Positions 8,467 through 18,769 are shown, counted from the stretch's first letter. The stretch is DNA of 64,000 nt from Bacteroidota bacterium (GCA_046335555.1 JBKDHA010000210.1:11737-75736); one strand, 5' to 3'. Numbers and translations: made by a program. Notes: a model not told the origin generated them from the letters alone.

Positions 8467-10041
8467 ATGAGCAAGACCGACGAAAAACGAAATACCAGCC
8501 GCCGCCCCGGCTCACTTACACAAGTATCGCAGCAGCTTTACGAAATCGGTAAGCTGCCCCCCCAGGCTGTGGAACTGGAGGAAGCCGTTTTGGGCGCGCT
8601 CATGCTCGAAAAAGATGCGCTCACAGCTGTTATTGATATTCTTCAGCCCAAAAGCTTTTACAAAGAAGCCCACGGCCGCGTGTTCGGCGCTATACAAAAC
8701 CTGTTTCAGCGCTCCGAACCTATTGACATTCTCACCGTAACACAGGAACTCAAACGCACCGGCGAACTCGAAATCGTAGGCGGAGCTTATTATATTTCTC
8801 AGCTTACCAACCGGGTAGCTTCGGCCGCCAACGTTGAGTTTCACGCCCGTATCATCGCCCAGAAATACATCCAGCGCGAACTGATCCGTATTTCCAGCGA
8901 TACCATTCGCGATGCTTACGAAGATACCGCCGACGTATTCGACCTGCTCGACTCTGCCGAACGCAACCTGTTTTCGGTTGTAGAAGGCAACATCCGCAAG
9001 AACTACGACAAGATGAGCACGCTCATCAGTCAGGCACTCAAGCAAATTGAAACAGCCCGAAACCAGAAATCAGGCGTAACCGGTGTGCCCAGCGGCTTTA
9101 CCGATCTCGACCGTATGACCTCGGGCTGGCAACCATCAGATCTTGTTGTTCTTGCTGCCCGTCCGGCTATGGGTAAAACCGCATTCGTACTCACGCTGGC
9201 CCGCAATGCAGCTGTTGAGTTTGAACGCCCCGTTGCTGTGTTCTCGCTTGAAATGGCCTCTGTGCAGCTTGTACAGCGTCTTATTTCGGCCGAAGCAGAA
9301 CTCTCAGCCGAAAAACTGAAAAAGGGACAACTAGAAGAACACGAATTCCAGCAGCTTCACGTAAAAATTGGTAAGCTCTCCGAAGCACCAATTTTTATCG
9401 ACGATACGCCAGCACTTTCAATCTTCGAGATGCGTGCCAAATGCCGCCGACTCAAAGCGCAGCACGATATTCAGATGATTATTGTCGATTACCTGCAGCT
9501 CATGACTGCTGGTGGCGAAAAAAGTCAGGGCAACCGCGAACAAGAAATCTCAACCATTTCACGTTCGCTGAAATCAATTGCCAAAGAACTCAGCGTGCCG
9601 GTAATTGCACTCTCGCAGTTGAGCCGTGCCGTAGAAACCCGCGGCGGCGACAAACGTCCGCAGCTTTCTGACCTTCGCGAATCGGGCGCTATTGAGCAGG
9701 ATGCCGATATGGTAATGTTCATTCACCGCCCCGAGTACTACGGCTTTACACAAGATGCCGAAGGCAACAGCACACAAGGCGTTGCCGAAATCATCATCGC
9801 CAAGCACCGTAATGGCGCCGTGGGAAGTGTAAACCTCCGCTTCATCGACCGCCTTGCCAAATTCTGCGATCTCGACGGCGGCATAGACAACGGCTACATG
9901 GGCGGCGACAGCAACAGCGGCGGAACCTACAATGCCTCCGCAGGTCTCGGCCCGTCTGATGATTTCAGCACCGGCGGAAACAATAGCGGTTCAATCATCA
10001 GAGGCTCAAAGCTGAATGATATTGAAGAAGATCCGTTCTAG
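8467..10041 (+). CDS. dnaB: Replicative DNA helicase
   Basis: AARPAMGKT Walker A, FSLEM, IIVDYLQL, LSQLSR, SDLRESGAIEQDAD. Confidence 0.98.
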   Translation: MSKTDEKRNTSRRPGSLTQVSQQLYEIGKLPPQAVELEEAVLGALMLEKDALTAVIDILQPKSFYKEAHGRVFGAIQNLFQRSEPIDILTVTQELKRTGELEIVGGAYYISQLTNRVASAANVEFHARIIAQKYIQRELIRISSDTIRDAYEDTADVFDLLDSAERNLFSVVEGNIRKNYDKMSTLISQALKQIETARNQKSGVTGVPSGFTDLDRMTSGWQPSDLVVLAARPAMGKTAFVLTLARNAAVEFERPVAVFSLEMASVQLVQRLISAEAELSAEKLKKGQLEEHEFQQLHVKIGKLSEAPIFIDDTPALSIFEMRAKCRRLKAQHDIQMIIVDYLQLMTAGGEKSQGNREQEISTISRSLKSIAKELSVPVIALSQLSRAVETRGGDKRPQLSDLRESGAIEQDADMVMFIHRPEYYGFTQDAEGNSTQGVAEIIIAKHRNGAVGSVNLRFIDRLAKFCDLDGGIDNGYMGGDSNSGGTYNASAGLGPSDDFSTGGNNSGSIIRGSKLNDIEEDPF

Positions 10042-10080
10042 AATGTTGAGTGATGAATGTTGAGTGATGAATGATGAATG
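10041..10080 (+). repeat. Heptamer array directly after the dnaB stop
   Basis: gaatgtt gagtgat gaatgtt gagtgat gaatgat gaatg. Confidence 0.85.
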
Positions 10081-10166
10081 ATTTTATCATTCATCAAAAC
10101 AAAACTATTCCAGAAATTTATTGTAGTAAATAGAATGCCATTATAATAAACAGAATGCCATTGTGG

Positions 10167-10186
10167 GGCCGCGATGCATCGCGGCC
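10167..10186. repeat. REP-like 20-bp palindrome
   Basis: ggccgcgatgcatcgcggcc. Confidence 0.85.
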
Positions 10187-10228
10187 TAACTTCAATACAT
10201 GTACCTACTGTTTGATACAAATCAATAC

Positions 10229-10678
10229 ATGAATTTTGAAAAACAATTTTCAGGAGCATTCAATCATCTTTATTTATGGCGGATGTTGAGATTGATGGTA
10301 ATGGGATGGATAGTGTCAATTATAATACTTGTTGCATCAAAGTTCAGTTGGGTAGGTATATTGGGAATTCTTCCTTTAGTTATATCATACCTGCACTCAA
10401 AAAAAGTTGGTAAAATTTTCATTACTCATCTTATTATTAATAATGATATTGTTTTTATTGAATGGAGAGATGGTAATCAAACTAAGACACTAAATAAGCC
10501 CGTTAGCAAATGCTCAGTTAATATTCAAAGTGCTAATTTGTATAAAAGCAAACGGCAGATGATGAAGCTTAAAACTGATGAAATTGAAATTCGTCAATAT
10601 GAGATTTTAGGCTGGAGAAAATTGGATTTTGATAAAATAAAAACAAAAATAGATTCGATAAATACGACCAGTTTTTGA
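10229..10678 (+). CDS. AT-rich orphan membrane protein (2 TM plus a soluble beta-rich tail)
   Basis: ORF with two hydrophobic helices; visibly AT-rich; start 10229 or 10199. Confidence 0.65.
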   Translation: MNFEKQFSGAFNHLYLWRMLRLMVMGWIVSIIILVASKFSWVGILGILPLVISYLHSKKVGKIFITHLIINNDIVFIEWRDGNQTKTLNKPVSKCSVNIQSANLYKSKRQMMKLKTDEIEIRQYEILGWRKLDFDKIKTKIDSINTTSF

Positions 10679-10679
10679 A

Positions 10680-10729
10680 TTAATTTACTTGTCGGGACGC
10701 GATGCATCGCGTCCCGACAAGTAAATTAA
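10680..10729. repeat. Perfect 50-bp palindrome with REP-like core; possible bidirectional terminator
   Basis: ttaatttacttgtcgggacgcgatgcatcgcgtcccgacaagtaaattaa. Confidence 0.9.
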
Positions 10730-10758
10730 AACTGTCCCCACTTATAATTTAATACTGC

Positions 10759-13098
10759 CTATTCCCATTTCAGCACCTGCTTCAATTCTGCTACCGGCGG
10801 TGCTTTCCCAAGCTCTTTAACCGTAAACTCATATCGGGCTTCGTGTGTATAGCTTTGGTGTTTATTCAATTCGTTGCTTTCAACAACTGCAACATATCCC
10901 TGTTCGTCAATAAGCACAATTCTCGACGAATCGGTTAGCGAGAAGTTGAGCATAATACCTTTGTTTACATCTATTGCGCCAAAACCAAGTGCCATATTTT
11001 TTCCTTTGGTAATGACATAAGCCGTTATTGCCGGAATAATTTTACCGAGAATATTTTTGCCAACAGCCAATACTTTTGCAGGATTTACAACTCTCGAAGC
11101 CTGATCGCAATTGAAAATTCCGGTTCCGTTCAGGCTCAGTGCACGGGTTACATTTTTAGCACCTTCCGAATCTGTTGTTCCAAACTGGAACTGCCGGAGT
11201 TTAGTATCAGCTACATACTTGTCAACTGCTTCTTTCCATTGACTGAAATCAAGTGTTTTCTCAGCTTCGGTCATTTGCGGTTTTACATTTTTCCAGGTGC
11301 GGAGTGCGAGCAGGCCAAGATTTTTTACGAGCTTATTGTGCTCTTTCATTTCTCCCTGCAGCTTTCTGTTAAATGTTTTTTCGCGCAATTCCCGGTTTGT
11401 GTTATAACGGAAATCCTTCATCTGCAACTCGGCCATGCTTGGTTTATGCAATTTGCCGTTGCGGATGGTAAATGCTGAAACCGGAACTTCGGTAAAACCG
11501 TATTGATTCTTCAGTTTAAGTGTGTAGCGACCATTTTTCCCGATCACCTGAATATCATTGAACGAAACTTTTCTGCCGTAACGCTTTCTGAATTCAGGAG
11601 CGCTTAATTTCTCGTCCATCATCCAAACAATATCTTTATACGCGCGGAGTTCAGGAAACCGCTGATAATTTGTAGGAAGTATTTTAAAACAGGTATAGTT
11701 TTTTGATCCCGAAACGCGGCGCAGTTTCAAGTATCGAGCACCTTTGAGTTCACTTGAATTTGAATCACGATCGCCGATAAACCTTGTATTCAAATATCTC
11801 ATGGATTCGAAACGCTGCTGAAATTTTGTTGTATCGGGCGAACCGGGATTATACTGCCCTCTCATTGCACTCAAATAGATTTCAATAGCAGCAGAGCCGG
11901 TATTATTGCTTTGAGCATTTGAGTTTCGGCCGGGAATAGTGGTAACCATTGCGCCGGGTTTGCCTCTGTACTGCCAGCCTTTCTCTTCATCGAGCCGGTA
12001 GAAATTGTAGCTCGATTCGGTTTTGGTTACGGCAAATTGCATATCGATATTTTTGCCGGGAGCTACAAAAACTTCCTGAGTTCCGGCCGAAGCCGCCAGC
12101 TCAAACATTCCTGCCGATTCGAAATCAATGGTTTGTCCGGCCGAGTCGTATTTCATCGGAATGCCGCTCACAATAATATCAGTTGCATCGCGGAACTCGC
12201 GGTAACTCACAGTTACATCACCGGTAACTATTTTTCCGGAAGCATCCACAAATGCATTTTTAGGAATAAAAATCCGGCTTCCGCTGGGGTAGCTGAACGA
12301 CAAACCATTTTCGGCGCGGAAGGTGTAAAAGCTGCTGGCCACATCAACGCCGGCAATTGGTTTTTTAACGAGGGGATGGCGATAGACAAACAAGTTTCGC
12401 GGTTTGCGCTGTGCGAGTTGCGCTGTAGTTCCGCTAACGCCCTGCAGAAAATCGCTGAGCTGCTGAAGGTGCTGCGCTGTAAATCCTGCATCATACGAAC
12501 CATACACCAGCGCAAGCTGTGAGGCACCCTGCTGTGCATCGGTAAAGCCAAATACAGTTTGCTGTTCGGCATATAATGCGCCGGGCAAATTGTAGTTGAG
12601 CGCATAACCATCGGCCAGCGAAAGATCTGTGTTTACAATTTTGATTTGTTCGAGATGCCTGAGTTTACCCAGCGAAACCGGAAACTGTCCGAGATACGAA
12701 ACAGTAACCGCAATGCTGTTCAGGCTTTCTGTTTCAGCAAATTTCCGGCAGGCATCATTCAAATCAACCGAATCGCAGCGCGCAATACTGATGTGTTTTG
12801 CACCCGAATTTTGAATTGACGCAGGAACTTGCTTTACAGCTAATCCATCTAAAAAAAGAGAATCGGTAATTTGTTTTTTCTGCAAAAAAGCAAACAAGCT
12901 ATTCAAATGAACGGCATCTGTATTGCCGTTAACACTGAGCTTTTGAACCGGTTTTGCTGGCTGTTTCATAAAATGGTCAACTGCTGCATTACCGCTCAAC
13001 GTAATTTCGGAATCAGGCAAACGTGTTTCCGATTGGGCAAAAATTTTTCCCGGAACTGCTGCTAAAGCAATTCCCACAACTAACAGGAGTTGTCGCAT
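10759..13098 (-). CDS. Exported hypothetical protein with degenerate N-terminal LRR-like repeats and an ESAGMF-containing domain
   Basis: Signal peptide; FPVSLGKLRHLEQI LRR-like stretch; IPKNAFVD...V.VSYREF...FESAGMF; late FNCD motif. Confidence 0.7.
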   Translation of the reverse strand: MRQLLLVVGIALAAVPGKIFAQSETRLPDSEITLSGNAAVDHFMKQPAKPVQKLSVNGNTDAVHLNSLFAFLQKKQITDSLFLDGLAVKQVPASIQNSGAKHISIARCDSVDLNDACRKFAETESLNSIAVTVSYLGQFPVSLGKLRHLEQIKIVNTDLSLADGYALNYNLPGALYAEQQTVFGFTDAQQGASQLALVYGSYDAGFTAQHLQQLSDFLQGVSGTTAQLAQRKPRNLFVYRHPLVKKPIAGVDVASSFYTFRAENGLSFSYPSGSRIFIPKNAFVDASGKIVTGDVTVSYREFRDATDIIVSGIPMKYDSAGQTIDFESAGMFELAASAGTQEVFVAPGKNIDMQFAVTKTESSYNFYRLDEEKGWQYRGKPGAMVTTIPGRNSNAQSNNTGSAAIEIYLSAMRGQYNPGSPDTTKFQQRFESMRYLNTRFIGDRDSNSSELKGARYLKLRRVSGSKNYTCFKILPTNYQRFPELRAYKDIVWMMDEKLSAPEFRKRYGRKVSFNDIQVIGKNGRYTLKLKNQYGFTEVPVSAFTIRNGKLHKPSMAELQMKDFRYNTNRELREKTFNRKLQGEMKEHNKLVKNLGLLALRTWKNVKPQMTEAEKTLDFSQWKEAVDKYVADTKLRQFQFGTTDSEGAKNVTRALSLNGTGIFNCDQASRVVNPAKVLAVGKNILGKIIPAITAYVITKGKNMALGFGAIDVNKGIMLNFSLTDSSRIVLIDEQGYVAVVESNELNKHQSYTHEARYEFTVKELGKAPPVAELKQVLKWE

Positions 13099-13159
13099 GA
13101 GATGAGGTATTTTTTACTATAATGTGAAGTCAATAAAACGATACACTTTTAACTAAAAA

Positions 13160-13288
13160 AATGTTGAATGATGAATGTTGAATGAACAATGACAATCATG
13201 AAAAACGTTAATCTGCATCTTATATTTTGCTTAAGCAAAATATAAGACCAGCTTTTCATTCAACACTCATCACTCTTCACTCAACATT
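13160..13288. repeat. Inverted heptamer arrays bracketing a perfect 30-bp palindrome
   Basis: atgttgaatgatgaatgttgaatg ... tcttatattttgcttaagcaaaatataaga (13218-13247) ... cattcaacactcatcactcttcactcaacatt. Confidence 0.85.
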
Positions 13289-13356
13289 TTTTTTACAATG
13301 TGTGTATCTTTCGGGCGTTTGCTGAATTAGGAAGCAGAAAAGACCCGAAAGCATAC

Positions 13357-13926
13357 GTGAACATTCATCACAAAACAGACACTGCATTGCGCACCGAACT
13401 GGCGCAGGTGGAAGCGGCGAAAGCCGATCCGCAGAAGTTTGCTGTGCTGTATGAAGCCTATTACAAACCGGTATTTGTGTTTGTATTCAGGCGCGCCGGC
13501 GATAATGAAGCTACCGATGATATTGTTTCCAATACATTTCTCAAAGCATTACTCGCTCTTCCGAAATATCAGTACCGCGGTGTTCCTTTTTCGGCATTCC
13601 TGTTTCGTATTGCCATGAATGAAGTAAATCTCTACTTCCGCAAAACAAAACGCGAAAGGCTGGTTAGTTTAGACCAAACCGATCTCGGAACAATCATTAT
13701 CGAATCCGGACAAACAGATTCCGACGAACGCCGGAGATTACTGATGCGGGCACTCAGCTTTCTGAAACCCGATGATATGCAACTGATCGAACTTCGTTTC
13801 TTTGAAAAACGTTCCTTTGCAGAAGTTGGACATATTTGCGGAATCACCGAAACCAATGCGAAAGTGAAAACTTACCGCATTCTGGATAAACTTAAACAAC
13901 AACTCCTCCGTTCAGGCGGATGGTAA
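13357..13926 (+). CDS. ECF-type RNA polymerase sigma factor
   Basis: Region 2 (FAVLYEAY, DIVSNTFLKA, FSAFLFRIAMN) and region 4 (LRFFEKRSFAEVG...AKVKTYR); probable GTG start. Confidence 0.92.
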   Translation: MNIHHKTDTALRTELAQVEAAKADPQKFAVLYEAYYKPVFVFVFRRAGDNEATDDIVSNTFLKALLALPKYQYRGVPFSAFLFRIAMNEVNLYFRKTKRERLVSLDQTDLGTIIIESGQTDSDERRRLLMRALSFLKPDDMQLIELRFFEKRSFAEVGHICGITETNAKVKTYRILDKLKQQLLRSGGW

Positions 13927-13929
13927 GCT

Positions 13930-14211
13930 ATGACAAAGTATTCGTTCCATATCAACCCGAACGAGCCCGGTGATGACCGCATCAACCGCCAGAAAGATTT
14001 TGGCCGGGTGATGCAGAACTATCAGCACCTTACTCATCCGCTTTACCGCACGCCACTTTACCGTTACCGCAAAGTATTTCTCTCGCTTCTGCTGGTGCTT
14101 GTTTGTGTTTGGTTAGTCATTGAATTTGGCGATGAGAATGCACCCGATACAAAAAAGCAAAAAACCGACTCCGTTAAACAGGATTCGGCCTTGCATAAAT
14201 CATTGCCTTGA
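13930..14211 (+). CDS. Small single-TM protein, putative anti-sigma factor
   Basis: Starts 3 nt after the sigma stop; cytoplasmic N-terminus, one TM, short tail. Confidence 0.6.
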   Translation: MTKYSFHINPNEPGDDRINRQKDFGRVMQNYQHLTHPLYRTPLYRYRKVFLSLLLVLVCVWLVIEFGDENAPDTKKQKTDSVKQDSALHKSLP

Positions 14212-14221
14212 GAGGCTTTGT

Positions 14222-14914
14222 TTATTCGGTGAACTTGTAGCCAACACCCCGCACCGAATGAAAATGCTGAGGATTGCGCGGATTTTCTTCAAAATATTTC
14301 CTGAAACTGAGAATGAAGTTGTCGATAGTGCGTGCAGTTGGCAGGGCATCATCATTCCAAAGGGCTTCCAGTATTTCATCGCGTGAAACTACCTCGCCTT
14401 TTCGTTCAATCAGCAAACGCAGCAGTTCGGCCTCGCGTTTGGTGATGGCCCAGATTTTTCCGTTGCCGCCAGCTTCGTAGGTCGAAAAATCAATCTGGTT
14501 ATTTCCGAACCTGAACACCGTGAGCGGTTGCGGATCGTTGCTGCTGCGTGTTGAACGTTTCACCAGATTATGAACCCGCAGCAGAAACTCTTCGAGATTA
14601 AAAGGCTTGGTGAGGTAATCATCGGCACCAATTCTGAGTCCCTGAATTTTATCCTCTCCGGAAGATTTTGCCGTTAAAAAAAGTACCGGCACGAGCGTGT
14701 CTTGCAGGCGAATGGCCTGACAAACTTCAAAACCGTTCATCAGCGGCAGCATAACATCAAGGATAATCAGATCAAACTGATTAGGCTCAAATGCCCTCAC
14801 AGCGCTTGATCCGTCGATAACGGCAAGCACTTCAAAACCTTCGAGCTCCAGATTGAGCCTGATTGTTTTGAGCAGGTGTTCTTCGTCTTCAACCAGCAGA
14901 ATTCGCCTTTTCAT
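14222..14914 (-). CDS. OmpR/PhoB-family response regulator
   Basis: ILLVEDE, LDVMLP, GADDYLTKPF, SVRGVGYKF winged helix. Confidence 0.95.
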   Translation of the reverse strand: MKRRILLVEDEEHLLKTIRLNLELEGFEVLAVIDGSSAVRAFEPNQFDLIILDVMLPLMNGFEVCQAIRLQDTLVPVLFLTAKSSGEDKIQGLRIGADDYLTKPFNLEEFLLRVHNLVKRSTRSSNDPQPLTVFRFGNNQIDFSTYEAGGNGKIWAITKREAELLRLLIERKGEVVSRDEILEALWNDDALPTARTIDNFILSFRKYFEENPRNPQHFHSVRGVGYKFTE

Positions 14915-15088
14915 GCCACAAAATTGCAAAACAAATTGCCTCCCCCGATTACTTTAAAAAGAACACCAATTATCGATGTTTTTCAACAATCTGCCGACAC
15001 AGGTTGTTCATACGCCAGATATTCCTGAAATTGCAGCCTCATCACACCAGAAAGCATATTAACTATTTAACTGACCAACGATAAAACA

Positions 15089-17275
15089 ATGACAAAACGA
15101 CTCCTCACCTTTGCGGGTGTCGCACTGTTTGCTGCAACTTCCCTGCAGGCTCAGCACGCACACAAACCGGGTAAACCCGCACATGCCGAACAGGCTCCGG
15201 CTGCACACCGCAGCTGCGGAACAATGGATCATCTGGATATGCTGCTTCAGCAGGATCCTTCACTTGCTTTGCGTATGCAGCAGGAAGAAGCCCGTGTTCA
15301 GAATTTCATTCAGAACCAGTATGATCCAAATACCCGCGTGGTTTATACCATTCCGGTTGTTTATCACGTAGTTTATCAGAATACAACCGAAAACATCAGT
15401 ACGGCAGCACTTAATGCTCAGCTGCAAGTACTTAACGACGATTTCCGCAAGCTGAACACTGATGCCAGTCTCGTTCCCGCTGTTTGGCAAGGCATTGCAG
15501 CCGACTGCGAAATTCAGTTTTGCTTGGCCACAACTGATCCGCAGGGCAATCCAACTACAGGTATTACACGCACACAAACCACAGTAAACTCTTTTAATAC
15601 CAACGATAACGTAAAGTTTGCTGCATCGGGCGGGGTTAACGCTTGGCCTGCCGGTTCTTACCTCAATATCTGGGTTTGTGACCTCGGTGCCCAGCTGCTT
15701 GGTTATGCACAGTTTCCGGGCGGTCCGGCCAATACAGATGGTGTTGTTCTCAACTACCGTTATACCGGAACAACAGCCACAGGAGCACAACCTCCGTTCG
15801 ATAAAGGCCGCACAGCTACGCACGAAGTTGGTCACTACCTCGATCTTTACCACATTTGGGGCGACGATGGTGGCTCTTGCTCTGGCAGCGATCTGGTTAC
15901 TGATACACCCAACCAAGCCGATGCAACAGGCGGCTGCTACAATCCGGGAACTGTTCTCACCGACAATTGTGCAACAAGTTCACCCGGCTATATGTGGCAG
16001 AACTACATGGATTATACCGATGATGCATGTATGTATATGTTTACAAACGGACAAAAAGCCCGTATTGTGGCAGTAATGACAGGTTCACGCGCCAGTTTGC
16101 AAAACTCACAGGGTTGCAGTTCATCATCAGCAGCCAATGACGCAGGTATGATTTCGGTTGTTGCACCAAACGGAGCAATTTGCTCTCCAACTTTTCAGCC
16201 AATTGTAACACTCAGAAACTACGGCTCTGCTACTCTTACCTCAGTAACCATTCAGTATCGAGTTGATGCTGCTGCTTATACCAACTTTAGCTGGACAGGC
16301 TCTTTGGCCTCGGGCGGACAAGTAAATGTAACACTGCCTTCGGTTACAACTACAACAGGTACACATACCTTCACCACACAAACTCAAAACCCGAACGGCA
16401 ATAGCGATGGTAATACCAGCAACGATCTAACCTCCTCAACATTTACTGTTCAGGGAGCTGGTCAAAACCTTCCATATACACAAGGTTTTGAAGCAACCAC
16501 TTTCCCGCCCGCCGGGCACAGTGTGATTAACCCTGATGCAGCTACCACGTGGGAACGCACTACCAATGCCTCCAAAACGGGTATTGCATCAATGTATATC
16601 GACAATGTAAACTACGCTGCAAACGGCGAAATTGACCAGTTTGTACTTCCGGCTGTTAACCTTGCTTCTGTTAACAATCCGGTACTTACGTTTGAAGTGG
16701 CTTACCAGCTTTACACCGATCCGGCCTCAAATCCGAACTACTCAGACACACTGCGCGTTCAGGTTTCAACCGATTGCGGAGCTACATGGACAACCATTTA
16801 CAACAAGTTTGGTACACAGCTGACCACAGCAACACCGGCATTCAGCTCAACGCCGTTTGTACCTACAGCTAATCAATGGCGCCTCGAAACCGTATCACTC
16901 ATTCCTTATGCATCGGCACAGAATGCGCAGTTCCGTTTTGTAAACATTACAGAATACGAGAACAACCTGTACATTGATGACATTAACCTTACCAACAGCA
17001 CAGGTATTTCATCGGCTGCGCTTGGTTCAATGGTTACATTGTTCCCGAATCCGACAAACGGAATGGTAACGCTCAATATCAGTCTCCCCGAGGCCGAGCG
17101 TCTGCAGGTTATTGTAACCAACTCACTCGGTCAGGTTGTTGACCAATTTGAGCAAGGCAGCACCTACGGCGGTCAGTATCAGATCAATCTCGAAACACAG
17201 GCCGAAGGCATGTATTTTGTTCAGATCCGCGCCGGTGAGGCTGTGACAACACAACGCATCGTAATTACACGTTAA
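15089..17275 (+). CDS. M43 (pappalysin/ulilysin-like) zinc metalloprotease with CARDB-like and beta-sandwich domains and T9SS CTD
   Basis: RSCGT pro-region Cys; HEVGHYLDLYH; NYMDY Met-turn; LFPNPT CTD. Confidence 0.92.
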   Translation: MTKRLLTFAGVALFAATSLQAQHAHKPGKPAHAEQAPAAHRSCGTMDHLDMLLQQDPSLALRMQQEEARVQNFIQNQYDPNTRVVYTIPVVYHVVYQNTTENISTAALNAQLQVLNDDFRKLNTDASLVPAVWQGIAADCEIQFCLATTDPQGNPTTGITRTQTTVNSFNTNDNVKFAASGGVNAWPAGSYLNIWVCDLGAQLLGYAQFPGGPANTDGVVLNYRYTGTTATGAQPPFDKGRTATHEVGHYLDLYHIWGDDGGSCSGSDLVTDTPNQADATGGCYNPGTVLTDNCATSSPGYMWQNYMDYTDDACMYMFTNGQKARIVAVMTGSRASLQNSQGCSSSSAANDAGMISVVAPNGAICSPTFQPIVTLRNYGSATLTSVTIQYRVDAAAYTNFSWTGSLASGGQVNVTLPSVTTTTGTHTFTTQTQNPNGNSDGNTSNDLTSSTFTVQGAGQNLPYTQGFEATTFPPAGHSVINPDAATTWERTTNASKTGIASMYIDNVNYAANGEIDQFVLPAVNLASVNNPVLTFEVAYQLYTDPASNPNYSDTLRVQVSTDCGATWTTIYNKFGTQLTTATPAFSSTPFVPTANQWRLETVSLIPYASAQNAQFRFVNITEYENNLYIDDINLTNSTGISSAALGSMVTLFPNPTNGMVTLNISLPEAERLQVIVTNSLGQVVDQFEQGSTYGGQYQINLETQAEGMYFVQIRAGEAVTTQRIVITR

Positions 17276-17295
17276 AACAACAATCCAATAAACAC

Positions 17296-17326
17296 AAAGC
17301 CCCGGAGCAATTTGTTCCGGGGCTTT
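17296..17326 (+). terminator. Intrinsic terminator
   Basis: aaagccccggagcaa-t-ttgttccggggcttt. Confidence 0.75.
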
Positions 17327-17499
17327 GCGTTTTGTATAGGTTAAAGAAGATCACCTGAATTTCCGTTTTGAGTCGCTACTTATTCAGTTCAGCTATAGAA
17401 AAAACAAAAAAACTCCTTAGATTCGTAATCACCAGACCGCGAAATTAATTTCGCAGAAACAGATCAAAAACAAAACCCTCATTCACATCCATAGCGGAC

Positions 17500-18750
17500 A
17501 TGAAGAAATTCTTACTTACAGTATTCTCAGCAGGTCTTTGCACGCTGCTCAATGCACAGGCACCAGAGCGCTGCCACAGTCATGCTTATCATCAGCAGCA
17601 GCTTGCGCAGCATCCTGAGCTTGCGCTTCAGGAAGCTGAAATTAATCGTGCGGCAGAGCATTTTGCCAACGACAATCCAAATGGTTTTGAATCACGTGCA
17701 GTAGTTACCATTCCGGTAATTTTTCACGTTGTTTATCAAAATTCAACCGAAAATATTTCTTCAACACGCATTCTTGAACAGCTTCAGGTGCTCAATGAAG
17801 ATTATCGCAAACTGAATTCTGATCACGTTAATGTACCTGCCGCCTGGGCCGGACTTAAAGCCGATTGTGAAATTCAGTTTTGCCTTGCCAAACGCACACC
17901 TACAAACGGATGGACAAATGGCATTGAGCGTTATTCAACTACAACATCAAGCTTTAGCTTAAATGATGATGTAAAGTTTGCATCGAGCGGTGGAGCTAAT
18001 GTTTGGGATCGTACAAAATACCTGAATATCTGGGTATGTGATCTTGGCGGTGGAATTCTTGGATATGCTCAGTTCCCGGGTGGCCCTGCATCTACTGATG
18101 GGGTTGTACTTGATTACCGCTATACCGGCAAAACAGGTGCTTCTGCCCCATATAACAAAGGCCGCACCGGTACACACGAAGTTGGACACTACTTCGGATT
18201 GTATCACATCTGGGGTGACGACGGAAGCAGTTGTTCAGGTTCAGATCAGGTGATGGACACGCCAAATCAGGGACCCGAAAACTACGGCTGTTTCAATGCC
18301 GGTCAGGTTGTTACTGATAACTGTACAAGCACATCTCCCGGTGTAATGTGGCTTAACTACATGGATTATACCGATGATGCTTGTATGTATATGTTCACCA
18401 CCGGACAAAAAACCCGTATGTGGTCGATTTTGAATGGTTCACGTTCAAGCCTGCTTACCTCCAATGCCTGCACACCTGTTGGCCTTGACGAAATCAATCT
18501 TCTGAACAGTATCAGTGTTTATCCTTCGCCTTCAAACGGTGAAGTTACTATCGACTTCAATGGCAATAATGCAAATGATGTTGATGTAACCGTTTTCAAT
18601 GCAATCGGACAAGCTGTACTTACATCACGTTATGCAGTACTTACCGATTCGCGGATTGTTCTTGACCTCAGCGGTCTTGCTTCTGGTGTTTATGCAATTG
18701 AAATCAGCAATGGTGGCGAGCGCACAACACGCAAAGTAGTGATTGAATAA
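17500..18750 (+). CDS. M43 zinc metalloprotease with T9SS CTD
   Basis: HEVGHYFGLYH; NYMDY; VYPSPS CTD. Confidence 0.92.
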   Translation: MKKFLLTVFSAGLCTLLNAQAPERCHSHAYHQQQLAQHPELALQEAEINRAAEHFANDNPNGFESRAVVTIPVIFHVVYQNSTENISSTRILEQLQVLNEDYRKLNSDHVNVPAAWAGLKADCEIQFCLAKRTPTNGWTNGIERYSTTTSSFSLNDDVKFASSGGANVWDRTKYLNIWVCDLGGGILGYAQFPGGPASTDGVVLDYRYTGKTGASAPYNKGRTGTHEVGHYFGLYHIWGDDGSSCSGSDQVMDTPNQGPENYGCFNAGQVVTDNCTSTSPGVMWLNYMDYTDDACMYMFTTGQKTRMWSILNGSRSSLLTSNACTPVGLDEINLLNSISVYPSPSNGEVTIDFNGNNANDVDVTVFNAIGQAVLTSRYAVLTDSRIVLDLSGLASGVYAIEISNGGERTTRKVVIE

Positions 18751-18769
18751 AAGTTCCAGTTTTCACTAT

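Noticed and set aside
8467-10041. Intein in DnaB
   Set aside because: Helicase motifs are contiguous and the length is ordinary; the extra residues are a Gly-rich C-terminal tail
10163-10729. Integron cassette with attC sites
   Set aside because: The flanks are perfect palindromes without attC bulges or a matching GTTRRRY end; no integrase in the window
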